The position numbers and the translations under genes are program-made. From a virus (lineage: Duplodnaviria > Heunggongvirae > Uroviricota > Caudoviricetes): DNA of 15,138 nucleotides. Under the pieces are notes generated by a model. The model had not been told where the DNA came from and searched no databases. It saw only the letters and a program-made list of their open reading frames with translations. Each line of letters opens with the position of its first letter. The stretch's first letter is position 1. Positions 1 through 7,267 of the stretch are shown in pieces. The DNA is taken from positions 1-15,138 of the IMG/VR virus record IMGVR_UViG_3300010259_000015; one strand, 5' to 3'.

Positions 1-51
1 CCGATATCCGGCAGCTTGAGAACGCGCTGGCACGCTGTGCCAGCCAGGTAA
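1..51 (+). CDS. 3' end of a spanin-pair lysis gene (lysB or lysC), 5' truncated by window; reading frame 1, ends TAA 49-51
   Basis: Open frame from window edge reading PISGSLRTRWHAVPAR-stop; position immediately upstream of R matches the P2 lysB/lysC overlapped spanin pair. Which frame is lysB and which is lysC is not resolved. Confidence 0.35.
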   Translation, partial: PISGSLRTRWHAVPAR

Positions 52-119
52 AAATGATTAAACACTGTCAGGACGAAAACGATGCTCAAACCCGACAGCC
101 TGCGCAGGGCGCTGACTGA
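3..119 (+). CDS. 3' end of the second spanin-pair lysis gene (lysB or lysC), 5' truncated; frame 3, ends TGA 117-119, overlapping the R start
   Basis: Open frame from window edge reading ...DIRQLENALARCASQVKMIKHCQDENDAQTRQPAQGAD-stop; overlaps R start (82) by 38 nt, as expected for the P2 overlapped Rz/Rz1-type architecture. Confidence 0.4.
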   Translation, partial: DIRQLENALARCASQVKMIKHCQDENDAQTRQPAQGAD

Positions 120-549
120 TGCCGTCACGGTGCTGAAAACCAGTCCCGAGATGCTGCGGATATTCGTGGATAACGGGAGTATTGCCTCCACACTGGCGAC
201 GTCGTTGTCATTCGAAAAGCGTTACACGCTCAATGTGATTGTGACCGACTTTACCGGTGATTTTGACCTGCTCATTGTGCCGGTGCTGGCGTGGCTGCGG
301 GAAAATCAGCCCGACATCATGACCACTGACGAAGGCCAGAAAAAAGGCTTCACATTTTATGCAGACATCAACAATGACAGCAGCTTTGATATCAGTATCA
401 GCCTGATGCTGACCGAGCGCACGCTGGTCAGTGAGGTTGACGGTGCGCTGCATGTGAAGAATATCCCGGAACCTCCGCCGCCGGAGCCGGTCACCCGCCC
501 GATGGAGCTGTATATCAATGGCGAACTGGTGAGTAAGTGGGATGAATGA
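82..549 (+). CDS. R: Tail completion protein R
   Basis: 155-aa ORF, ATG start; sequence and length match P2 gpR as recalled; stop overlaps S start (ATGAATGA), indicating translational coupling. Confidence 0.9.
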   Translation: MLKPDSLRRALTDAVTVLKTSPEMLRIFVDNGSIASTLATSLSFEKRYTLNVIVTDFTGDFDLLIVPVLAWLRENQPDIMTTDEGQKKGFTFYADINNDSSFDISISLMLTERTLVSEVDGALHVKNIPEPPPPEPVTRPMELYINGELVSKWDE

Positions 550-994
550 GTTTAAGCGTTTTGAAGACCGGCTGACCGGGCTGATTGAATCGCTGTCACC
601 GTCAGGGCGTCGGCGACTGAGCGCCGAACTGGCGAAACGTCTGCGTCAGAGTCAGCAGCGTCGGGTGATGGCACAGAAAGCCCCGGACGGCACCCCCTAC
701 GCGCCACGTCAGCAGCAGAGCGCCAGAAAAAAGACCGGTCGCGTTAAGCGAAAAATGTTTGCGAAACTTATCACCAGTCGTTTTTTGCATATCCGCGCCA
801 GCCCGGAACAGGCATCAATGGAATTTTACGGCGGGAAGTCGCCGAAAATCGCCAGTGTGCATCAGTTCGGTCTGTCGGAAGAAACCCGGAAAGACGGTAA
901 GAAAATTGATTATCCGGCGCGTCCTCTGCTCGGCTTTACCGGTGAGGATGTGCAGATGATTGAAGAGATTATCCTGGCTCACCTTGAGCGTTAG
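542..994 (+). CDS. S: Tail completion / virion morphogenesis protein S
   Basis: 150-aa ORF directly following R with an 8-nt overlap; length and position match P2 gpS. Confidence 0.9.
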   Translation: MNEFKRFEDRLTGLIESLSPSGRRRLSAELAKRLRQSQQRRVMAQKAPDGTPYAPRQQQSARKKTGRVKRKMFAKLITSRFLHIRASPEQASMEFYGGKSPKIASVHQFGLSEETRKDGKKIDYPARPLLGFTGEDVQMIEEIILAHLER

Positions 995-1023
995 TTTTAT
1001 CCAGGCAGAGGCTGATGCGCAAT

Positions 1024-1060
1024 TAAACATTGAGCGGCCATGCTGGTCGCTCAATGTTTA
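1024..1060. terminator. Perfect 13-bp inverted repeat (TAAACATTGAGCG / CGCTCAATGTTTA, 11-nt loop) between convergent genes S and the minus-strand cargo gene; putative bidirectional terminator or protein-binding palindrome
   Basis: Arms 1024-1036 and 1048-1060 are exact reverse complements; located in the 71-bp gap between the stop codons of two convergent ORFs. No clear T-run on either side, so intrinsic-terminator function is uncertain. Confidence 0.45.
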
Positions 1061-1065
1061 GAGGT

Positions 1066-1851
1066 TTATGAGTGATTTTTATTTGATGCTTTGTATTCTA
1101 CAACCTTCTTATTGGCGTAAAGGAATTTTGTATATGACAGGAATATAACCAGACCTGAAATGAAATAGATGAGGGATATTATTAATAATGCTTTTTTTTG
1201 GCTGTTATTATCTTTAATCTCCTGACTTAACCATTCCGAGTCCTCCTCGTTTAGCTGTAAGAGCTTATTGCAGGCGATCTCAGGAAGTGTGTCTTTTATA
1301 AATACGTTTCGTAGCCTCTTGCAATCGGCAAGGCTATAAGTTTTATTGAATTCAACTGTTTTATTGTTGAAGGATAAAAGAACTTTGTCACTATAAACAT
1401 AGTACATCATATTTTTATATGGTATGCCTATGGCATCTCTTACTATAGCGGATTGTTTGTTGTGTATATAACATGCGAAGAGAATATAAATAATGCTGGA
1501 CAGAATTACAATTATTGTTTTAATTATGTGTGGTGGTTTTGTTATGTCACCCCAGAAGCGAGTAAGAAAAAAATACGATGTTTTTAGTTTTCCATCAATC
1601 AGCCCCTGCTGTATCATTCTCACATCTTCGATGCCTGATACATTGATTCCGTTAATTATTTTAAATAGTTGAATGTCGCGCCATTTTTTGTCGAGCATTT
1701 TTAACTTTCTGTCTGAATACTCAAAATTGAAATGATGTGCAATAAACCTCATAAGATTACTTTTACCAAAGGTAATAAATGTTAATGCTATTAATAAAAA
1801 TAGATACAAAGAGATAAACCACCGCGCATTAGTCACATTATCACTGAACAT
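1066..1851 (-). CDS. AT-rich cargo (moron) gene encoding a 261-aa predicted three-helix membrane protein of unknown function, at the S/V (orf30) variable locus
   Basis: ATG start at 1851 (minus) preceded by a strong Shine-Dalgarno (GAGGAG, 6-nt spacer); TAA stop at 1066-1068. Strongly AT-rich compared with flanking phage genes; three hydrophobic stretches (approx. residues 11-29, 108-128, 226-248); antisense to the late operons. Confidence 0.75.
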   Translation of the reverse strand: MFSDNVTNARWFISLYLFLLIALTFITFGKSNLMRFIAHHFNFEYSDRKLKMLDKKWRDIQLFKIINGINVSGIEDVRMIQQGLIDGKLKTSYFFLTRFWGDITKPPHIIKTIIVILSSIIYILFACYIHNKQSAIVRDAIGIPYKNMMYYVYSDKVLLSFNNKTVEFNKTYSLADCKRLRNVFIKDTLPEIACNKLLQLNEEDSEWLSQEIKDNNSQKKALLIISLIYFISGLVIFLSYTKFLYANKKVVEYKASNKNHS

Positions 1852-1866
1852 TACGCTCTCCTCGAA

Positions 1867-1887
1867 TGTTGTATGGTCGTTCTACAA
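1867..1887 (+). promoter_or_regulatory. Candidate Ogr-dependent late promoter element upstream of V (TGTTGT-N11-ACAA dyad)
   Basis: TTGT(1869-1872)...ACAA(1884-1887) is a perfect dyad; resembles the TGT-N12-ACA activator site of P2/P4 late promoters (my spacing count is 11); lies about 50-65 bp upstream of the V start with an AT-rich TATATAT stretch at 1911-1917. Confidence 0.45.
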
Positions 1888-1934
1888 ATGAATCCAGATA
1901 GCATAACTTTTATATATTGTGCAATCTCACACGC

Positions 1935-2570
1935 ATGAACACTCTCGCAAATATTCAGGAACTCGCGCGCGCACTGCGCAACATGATTCGTACCGGCCTT
2001 GTCGTCGAAACCAACCTTAAAGCCGGTCGCTGCCGTGTGCAGACCGGTGGCATGTGCACTGACTGGCTTCAGTGGCTGACCCATCGTGCCGGACGTTCGC
2101 GCACATGGTGGGCACCTTCCGTGGGGGAACAGGTGCTGATTCTGGCTGTGGGCGGTGAACTCGACACGGCGTTCGTTCTGCCGGGGATTTATTCCGGCGA
2201 TAACCCCGCGCCGTCTGCGTCGGCGGATGCCCTGCATATCCGTTTCCCTGACGGGGCGGTGATTGAGTATGAACCCGAAACCAGTGCACTCACGGTAAGC
2301 GGAATTAAAACGGCCAGCGTGACGGCTTCTGATTCTGTTACTGCCACGGTGCCGGTGGTCATGGTGAAAGCATCAACCCGCATCACCCTGGACACACCGG
2401 AGGTGGTTTGCACCAACAGGCTGATTACCGGCACGCTGGAAGTGCAGAAGGGCGGGACGATGCGCGGCAACATTGAACACACCGGCGGTGAACTCTCATC
2501 AAACGGTAAGGTACTGCATACCCATAAACACCCCGGCGACAGCGGCGGCACAACCGGGAGCCCTCTATGA
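1935..2570 (+). CDS. V: Baseplate assembly protein V (spike)
   Basis: ORF track begins at a TTG (1917), but the ATG at 1935 gives MNTLANIQELARAL... and a 211-aa product, matching P2 gpV; stop overlaps W start (ATGA). Confidence 0.88.
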   Translation: MNTLANIQELARALRNMIRTGLVVETNLKAGRCRVQTGGMCTDWLQWLTHRAGRSRTWWAPSVGEQVLILAVGGELDTAFVLPGIYSGDNPAPSASADALHIRFPDGAVIEYEPETSALTVSGIKTASVTASDSVTATVPVVMVKASTRITLDTPEVVCTNRLITGTLEVQKGGTMRGNIEHTGGELSSNGKVLHTHKHPGDSGGTTGSPL

Positions 2571-2914
2571 CAGCGCGTTATCTCGGAATGAATCGCAGTG
2601 ATGGCCTGACGGTCACTGACCTTGAGCATATCAGCCAGAGTATCGGCGATATCCTGCGCACACCGGTCGGCTCACGGGTGATGCGTCGTGATTACGGCTC
2701 GTTGCTGGCGTCAATGATTGACCAGCCGCAGACCCCGGCGCTTGAGTTGCAGATTAAGGTCGCCTGTTACATGGCGGTGCTGAAATGGGAACCCCGCGTC
2801 ACGCTGTCATCTGTCACCACGGCGCGCAGTTTTGACGGGCGAATGACGGTCACGTTAACCGGCCAGCACAACGACACCGGCCAGCCACTTTCGTTAACCA
2901 TCCCTGTGAGTTGA
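2567..2914 (+). CDS. W: Baseplate assembly protein W (gp25-like)
   Basis: 115-aa ORF, 4-nt overlap with V; length and order match P2 gpW. Confidence 0.9.
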   Translation: MTARYLGMNRSDGLTVTDLEHISQSIGDILRTPVGSRVMRRDYGSLLASMIDQPQTPALELQIKVACYMAVLKWEPRVTLSSVTTARSFDGRMTVTLTGQHNDTGQPLSLTIPVS

Positions 2915-2918
2915 AACC

Positions 2919-3827
2919 ATGCCGATTATCGACCTGAACCAGCTACCCGCACCGGATGTGGTCGAGGAGCTGGACTTTGAAACCATTCTCGCCGAACGCA
3001 AGGCGACACTGATTTCCCTTTACCCGGAAGACCAGCAGGAGGCGGTCGCCCGTACCCTGACGCTGGAATCTGAGCCTCTCGTCAAACTGCTGGAGGAAAA
3101 TGCTTATCGTGAGCTTATCTGGCGTCAGCGTGTGAATGAGGCCGCACGGGCGGTAATGCTGGCCTGTGCCGCCGGTAATGACCTTGATGTGATTGGTGCC
3201 AATTACAACACCACGCGCCTGATTATCACCCCGGCAGATGATTCGACCCTCCCGCCGACACCGGCAGTGATGGAATCTGACACGGATTATCGTCTGCGTA
3301 TTCAGCAGGCGTTTGAAGGTTTAAGCGTTGCCGGGTCGGTGGGTGCCTATCAGTATCATGGTCGCAGTGCCGACGGGCGTGTCGCGGATATCTCTGTCAC
3401 CAGTCCATCTCCGGCCTGTGTCACCATCTCTGTGCTGTCACGTGAAAATAACGGTGTCGCATCCGAAGACCTGCTGGCGGTGGTGCGTAACGCCCTTAAT
3501 GGCGAGGACGTCAGGCCGGTGGCCGACCGCGTGACCGTGCAGTCTGCCGCCATCGTTGAATACCAGATAAACGCCACGCTTTACCTTTACCCTGGTCCCG
3601 AAAGCGAACCCATCCGCGCTGCTGCCGTGAAAAAACTGGAAGCGTACATCACGGCACAGCACCGGCTGGGGCGCGACATCCGTCTGTCTGCCATTTATGC
3701 CGCTTTGCATGTGGAAGGCGTGCAGCGTGTCGAACTGGCTGCACCGCTGGCCGATATCGTGCTTAACAGCACGCAGGCGTCTTTCTGTACCGAATACCGC
3801 GTCGTGACCGGAGGCTCGGATGAGTGA
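2919..3827 (+). CDS. J: Baseplate assembly protein J
   Basis: 302-aa ORF; length and order match P2 gpJ; overlaps I start by 8 nt. Confidence 0.9.
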   Translation: MPIIDLNQLPAPDVVEELDFETILAERKATLISLYPEDQQEAVARTLTLESEPLVKLLEENAYRELIWRQRVNEAARAVMLACAAGNDLDVIGANYNTTRLIITPADDSTLPPTPAVMESDTDYRLRIQQAFEGLSVAGSVGAYQYHGRSADGRVADISVTSPSPACVTISVLSRENNGVASEDLLAVVRNALNGEDVRPVADRVTVQSAAIVEYQINATLYLYPGPESEPIRAAAVKKLEAYITAQHRLGRDIRLSAIYAALHVEGVQRVELAAPLADIVLNSTQASFCTEYRVVTGGSDE

Positions 3828-4350
3828 TTCGCGACTGCTGCCGACCGGCTCATCACCGCTTGAAGTTGCTGCCGCAAAAGCCTGTGCGGAAATTGAAAAA
3901 ACACCGGTCAGTATTCGTGAGCTGTGGAACCCGGACACCTGCCCGGCAAATCTGCTGCCGTGGCTGGCGTGGGCGTTTTCGGTCGACAGGTGGGATGAAA
4001 AGTGGCCGGAAGCGACAAAACGCGCCGTTATCCGCGATGCCTATTTCATCCACTGTCATAAAGGCACTATCGGCGCAATCCGGCGTGTGGTGGAGCCGCT
4101 AGGCTATCTCATCAACGTGACGGAGTGGTGGGAAAACAGTGACCCGCCCGGCACTTTCCGGCTTGATATTGGTGTACTGGAAAGCGGTATCACAGAGGCA
4201 ATGTATCAGGAAATGGAACGGCTGATTGCCGATGCCAAACCTGCAAGCCGTCACCTTATTGGTCTGAACATTACCCGGGACATTCCCGGCTACCTGTTCG
4301 CCGGTGGTGTGGCTTACGACGGCGATGTAATTACGGTTTACCCCGGATAA
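3820..4350 (+). CDS. I: Baseplate protein I (tail fibre attachment)
   Basis: 176-aa ORF; length and order match P2 gpI. Confidence 0.88.
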   Translation: MSDSRLLPTGSSPLEVAAAKACAEIEKTPVSIRELWNPDTCPANLLPWLAWAFSVDRWDEKWPEATKRAVIRDAYFIHCHKGTIGAIRRVVEPLGYLINVTEWWENSDPPGTFRLDIGVLESGITEAMYQEMERLIADAKPASRHLIGLNITRDIPGYLFAGGVAYDGDVITVYPG

Positions 4351-4360
4351 GTGAGGAAGA

Positions 4361-6358
4361 ATGAGCACAAAATTCAGAACCGTTATCACCACTGCCGGTG
4401 CAGCAAAGCTGGCAGCGGCAACCGCGCCGGGAGGGCGGAAGGTCAACATTACCACGATGGCCGTCGGGGATGGCGGTGGTAAATTGCTTGTCCCGGATGC
4501 CGGACAGACCGGGCTTATCCATGAAGTCTGGCGACATGCGCTGAACAAAATCAGCCAGGACAAACGAAACAGTAATTATATTATCGCAGAGCTGGTTATT
4601 CCGCCGGAGGTGGGCGGTTTCTGGATGCGAGAGCTTGGCCTGTACGATGATGCGGGAACGTTAATTGCCGTGGCGAACATGGCCGAAAGTTATAAACCTG
4701 CCCTTGCCGAAGGCTCAGGGCGTTCGCAGACCTGCCGCATGGTCATCATCGTCAGCAGTGTGGCCTCAGTGGAGCTGACCATTGACACCACAACGGTGAT
4801 GGCGACGCAGGATTACGTTGATGACAAAATTGCAGAGCATGAACAGTCACGACGTCACCCGGACGCCTCGCTGACCGCAAAAGGTTTTACTCAGTTAAGC
4901 AATGCGACCAACAGCACGTCTGAAACACTGGCCGCAACGCCGAAAGCGGTAAAGGCCGCCTATGACCTGGCTAACGGGAAATATACTGCGCAGGATGCCA
5001 CCACCGCGCGAAAAGGTCTTGTCCAGCTCAGTAGTGCCACCAACAGCACGTCTGAAACGCTCGCCGCAACACCAAAAGCGGTAAAGGCCGCGTATGACCT
5101 TGCTAACGGGAAATACACTGCACAGGACGCCACCACAGCGCGAAAAGGTCTTGTCCAGCTCAGTAGCGTCACCAACAGCGATTCTGAAACGCTTGCGGCA
5201 ACGCCAAAGGCGGTAAAGGTCGCGTATGACCTTGCTAACGGGAAATACACTGCACAGGATGCCACCACAGCGCGAAAAGGGCTTGTTCAGCTCAGTAGCG
5301 CCACCAACAGTGATTCGGAAACGCTGGCCGCAACACCAAAAGCGGTGAAGTCTGCCTATGACAATGCTGAAAAACGTCTTCAGAAAGATCAGAACGGTGC
5401 GGATATCCCTGATAAAAGATTATTCCTGCGCAATATTGGAGCAACAAATTCAACAACCATGTCTTTTAGTGGTGGTACAGGATGGTTCAGGCTGGCAACT
5501 GTAACCATGCCACAGGCCAGTTCCGTGGTTTACATAAGCCTGATTGGTGGTGCTGGATATAATGTTAACTCCCCTATGCAGGCTGGTATATCTGAACTTG
5601 TTCTTCGTGCGGGAAATGGAAATCCAAAAGGTCTTACTGGTGCGTTATGGCGACGGACCTCGGTTGGATTTACTAATTTTGCATGGGTGAATACATCCGG
5701 TGATACCTATGACATTTATGTAGAAATAGGTAATTACGCCACAGGTGTTAATATCCAGTGGGATTATTCAAAGGATGCAACTGTACAAATTCATACATCA
5801 CCAACTTATACAGCGAATAAACCAACAGGCCTGACAGATGGAACTGTATATGTAATTTACAGTTCGCACATTAAACCGACTGCTGCTGATGTTGGGGCGT
5901 TGTCGTTATCTGGAGGTCAATTGAATGGTGCACTGGGCATTGGAACATCCAGTGCTCTTGGCGGTAACTCGATTGTTTTGGGTGATAATGACACGGGCTT
6001 TAAACAAAATGGCGACGGTAATCTGGATGTTTATGCTAATAACGTTCATGTTATGCGCTTTGTCTCCGGTAGCATTCAAAGTAATAAAACCATAAATATT
6101 ACGGGGCGTGTTAATCCCACAGATTACGGTAACTTTGATTCCCGCTATGTCCGGGATGTCCGGCTTGGTGGTGCTGCCACATACAAACCTGCGAACAATG
6201 GCATGACATGGACACATCAGGCACCGTCCGGGTGTGTATATTCCGGCATTATTGTTCAGGATACCGGCTCAAACTCTGCCGATAACATTGGTGGCGTATA
6301 TTACAGACCGGTTCAGAAATACATTAACGGGACATGGTATAACGTGGCGCAGGTATAA
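4361..6358 (+). CDS. H: Tail fibre protein H (mosaic; conserved N-terminal anchor, repeat-containing shaft, variable distal domain, conserved C-terminal tip)
   Basis: 665-aa ORF with SD GAGGAAG upstream; N-terminus MSTKFRTVITTAGAAKLAAATAPGG... and C-terminus ...YRPVQKYINGTWYNVAQV match the P2 H termini as recalled; followed 3 nt later by G. Confidence 0.9.
   Translation: MSTKFRTVITTAGAAKLAAATAPGGRKVNITTMAVGDGGGKLLVPDAGQTGLIHEVWRHALNKISQDKRNSNYIIAELVIPPEVGGFWMRELGLYDDAGTLIAVANMAESYKPALAEGSGRSQTCRMVIIVSSVASVELTIDTTTVMATQDYVDDKIAEHEQSRRHPDASLTAKGFTQLSNATNSTSETLAATPKAVKAAYDLANGKYTAQDATTARKGLVQLSSATNSTSETLAATPKAVKAAYDLANGKYTAQDATTARKGLVQLSSVTNSDSETLAATPKAVKVAYDLANGKYTAQDATTARKGLVQLSSATNSDSETLAATPKAVKSAYDNAEKRLQKDQNGADIPDKRLFLRNIGATNSTTMSFSGGTGWFRLATVTMPQASSVVYISLIGGAGYNVNSPMQAGISELVLRAGNGNPKGLTGALWRRTSVGFTNFAWVNTSGDTYDIYVEIGNYATGVNIQWDYSKDATVQIHTSPTYTANKPTGLTDGTVYVIYSSHIKPTAADVGALSLSGGQLNGALGIGTSSALGGNSIVLGDNDTGFKQNGDGNLDVYANNVHVMRFVSGSIQSNKTINITGRVNPTDYGNFDSRYVRDVRLGGAATYKPANNGMTWTHQAPSGCVYSGIIVQDTGSNSADNIGGVYYRPVQKYINGTWYNVAQV
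4880..5365 (+). repeat. In-frame 132-bp (44-aa) tandem repeat, about 3.6 copies, within H shaft region
   Basis: Repeat starts at 4880, 5012, 5144 and 5276 (period exactly 132 nt); peptide unit KGLVQLSSATNSTSETLAATPKAVKAAYDLANGKYTAQDATTAR with a few substitutions per copy; fourth copy diverges after about 30 aa. Confidence 0.9.
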
Positions 6359-6361
6359 TTT

Positions 6362-6889
6362 ATGCAGCATTTGATAAATATAACGGTGGGTAATCCAAAA
6401 ACGGTTGAACAATATCAATTGACAAAGGGCTTTGATGTTGTCTGGTTTTTTTCAGAAGATGGTAAGAACTGGTACGAAGAACAAAAGTATTTTGCTGATG
6501 ACACGATAAAAATAGCGTACGACAAAGATAATATTATCCGCTATGTGGAAAAGGATGTGACAGCTATCAGACCAGATGGATTAAGTGTTGTTGAAGTGCC
6601 GGATATTACCGCTAACCGACGGGCGGACATTTCAGGGAACTGGATGTTTAAAGACGGCACAGTGATTAAACGAATTTATACGGCGGAGGAATTGCAGCAG
6701 CAGGCAGAAAATCGGAAAGCCAGACTTCTTGCAGATGCTGAATCCGTGATTTTGCCGCTGGAGCGTGCTGTCAGGCTGAATATGGCAACAGATGAGGAAC
6801 ACAGCCGACTGGAGGCTTGGGAACGCTATAGCGTTCTGGTCAGTCGTGTGGATCCTGCAAATCCTGAATGGCCGGAAATGCCGCAATAA
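6362..6889 (+). CDS. G: Tail fibre assembly chaperone G
   Basis: 175-aa ORF immediately after H; C-terminus ...[13 protein letters not shown] is typical of P2-type tail fibre assembly proteins. Confidence 0.88.
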   Translation: MQHLINITVGNPKTVEQYQLTKGFDVVWFFSEDGKNWYEEQKYFADDTIKIAYDKDNIIRYVEKDVTAIRPDGLSVVEVPDITANRRADISGNWMFKDGTVIKRIYTAEELQQQAENRKARLLADAESVILPLERAVRLNMATDEEHSRLEAWERYSVLVSRVDPANPEWPEMPQ

Positions 6890-7267
6890 GTTGTATGAGC
6901 TCTGGTGGGAGCTTACATATCTATGGCGCAGAGTAAAGCCTAATCTGACAGTTCGCTCTGTGCCAGAAGCAGACGTTGCGAACATCGAGGTGTATTAATC
7001 AACGGGGAGCTGGTCACAACTATTCGGTTTATAAACATTTTTTTCGCTTTTCTGCATTAGAGACTATTGCATTAACTGGCTAAACTATGGATGATTATTG
7101 GTGTTAGGTTGCCAATGAATTAAGGATTAACTTCTGAACTCTCTGGTTAATCTAAAAGGAATATATGTGTATCATTTTACTTTGGCTGATAATTGAGAAC
7201 AGGCTGTCAACCTATAAATTAGAAAGGTTAAATTAACTGTGTTTTCTTGGATTTACTAAGGATGAAT

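Noticed and set aside
4960-5268. 102-aa minus-strand ORF with internal repeats
   Set aside because: It is the antisense reading of the in-frame 132-bp tandem repeats of tail fibre gene H; the repetition explains the ORF, and there is no start context.
4880-5365. Possible CRISPR array suggested by regular direct repeats
   Set aside because: The repeats are 132 bp, contiguous with no spacers, and in-frame within a protein-coding gene; they are not CRISPR-like.
6792-6998. 68-aa + strand ORF overlapping the end of G
   Set aside because: Overlaps the G C-terminus in another frame and runs into the AT-rich intergenic region; no ribosome-binding site and no recognisable tail-fibre-assembly remnant.
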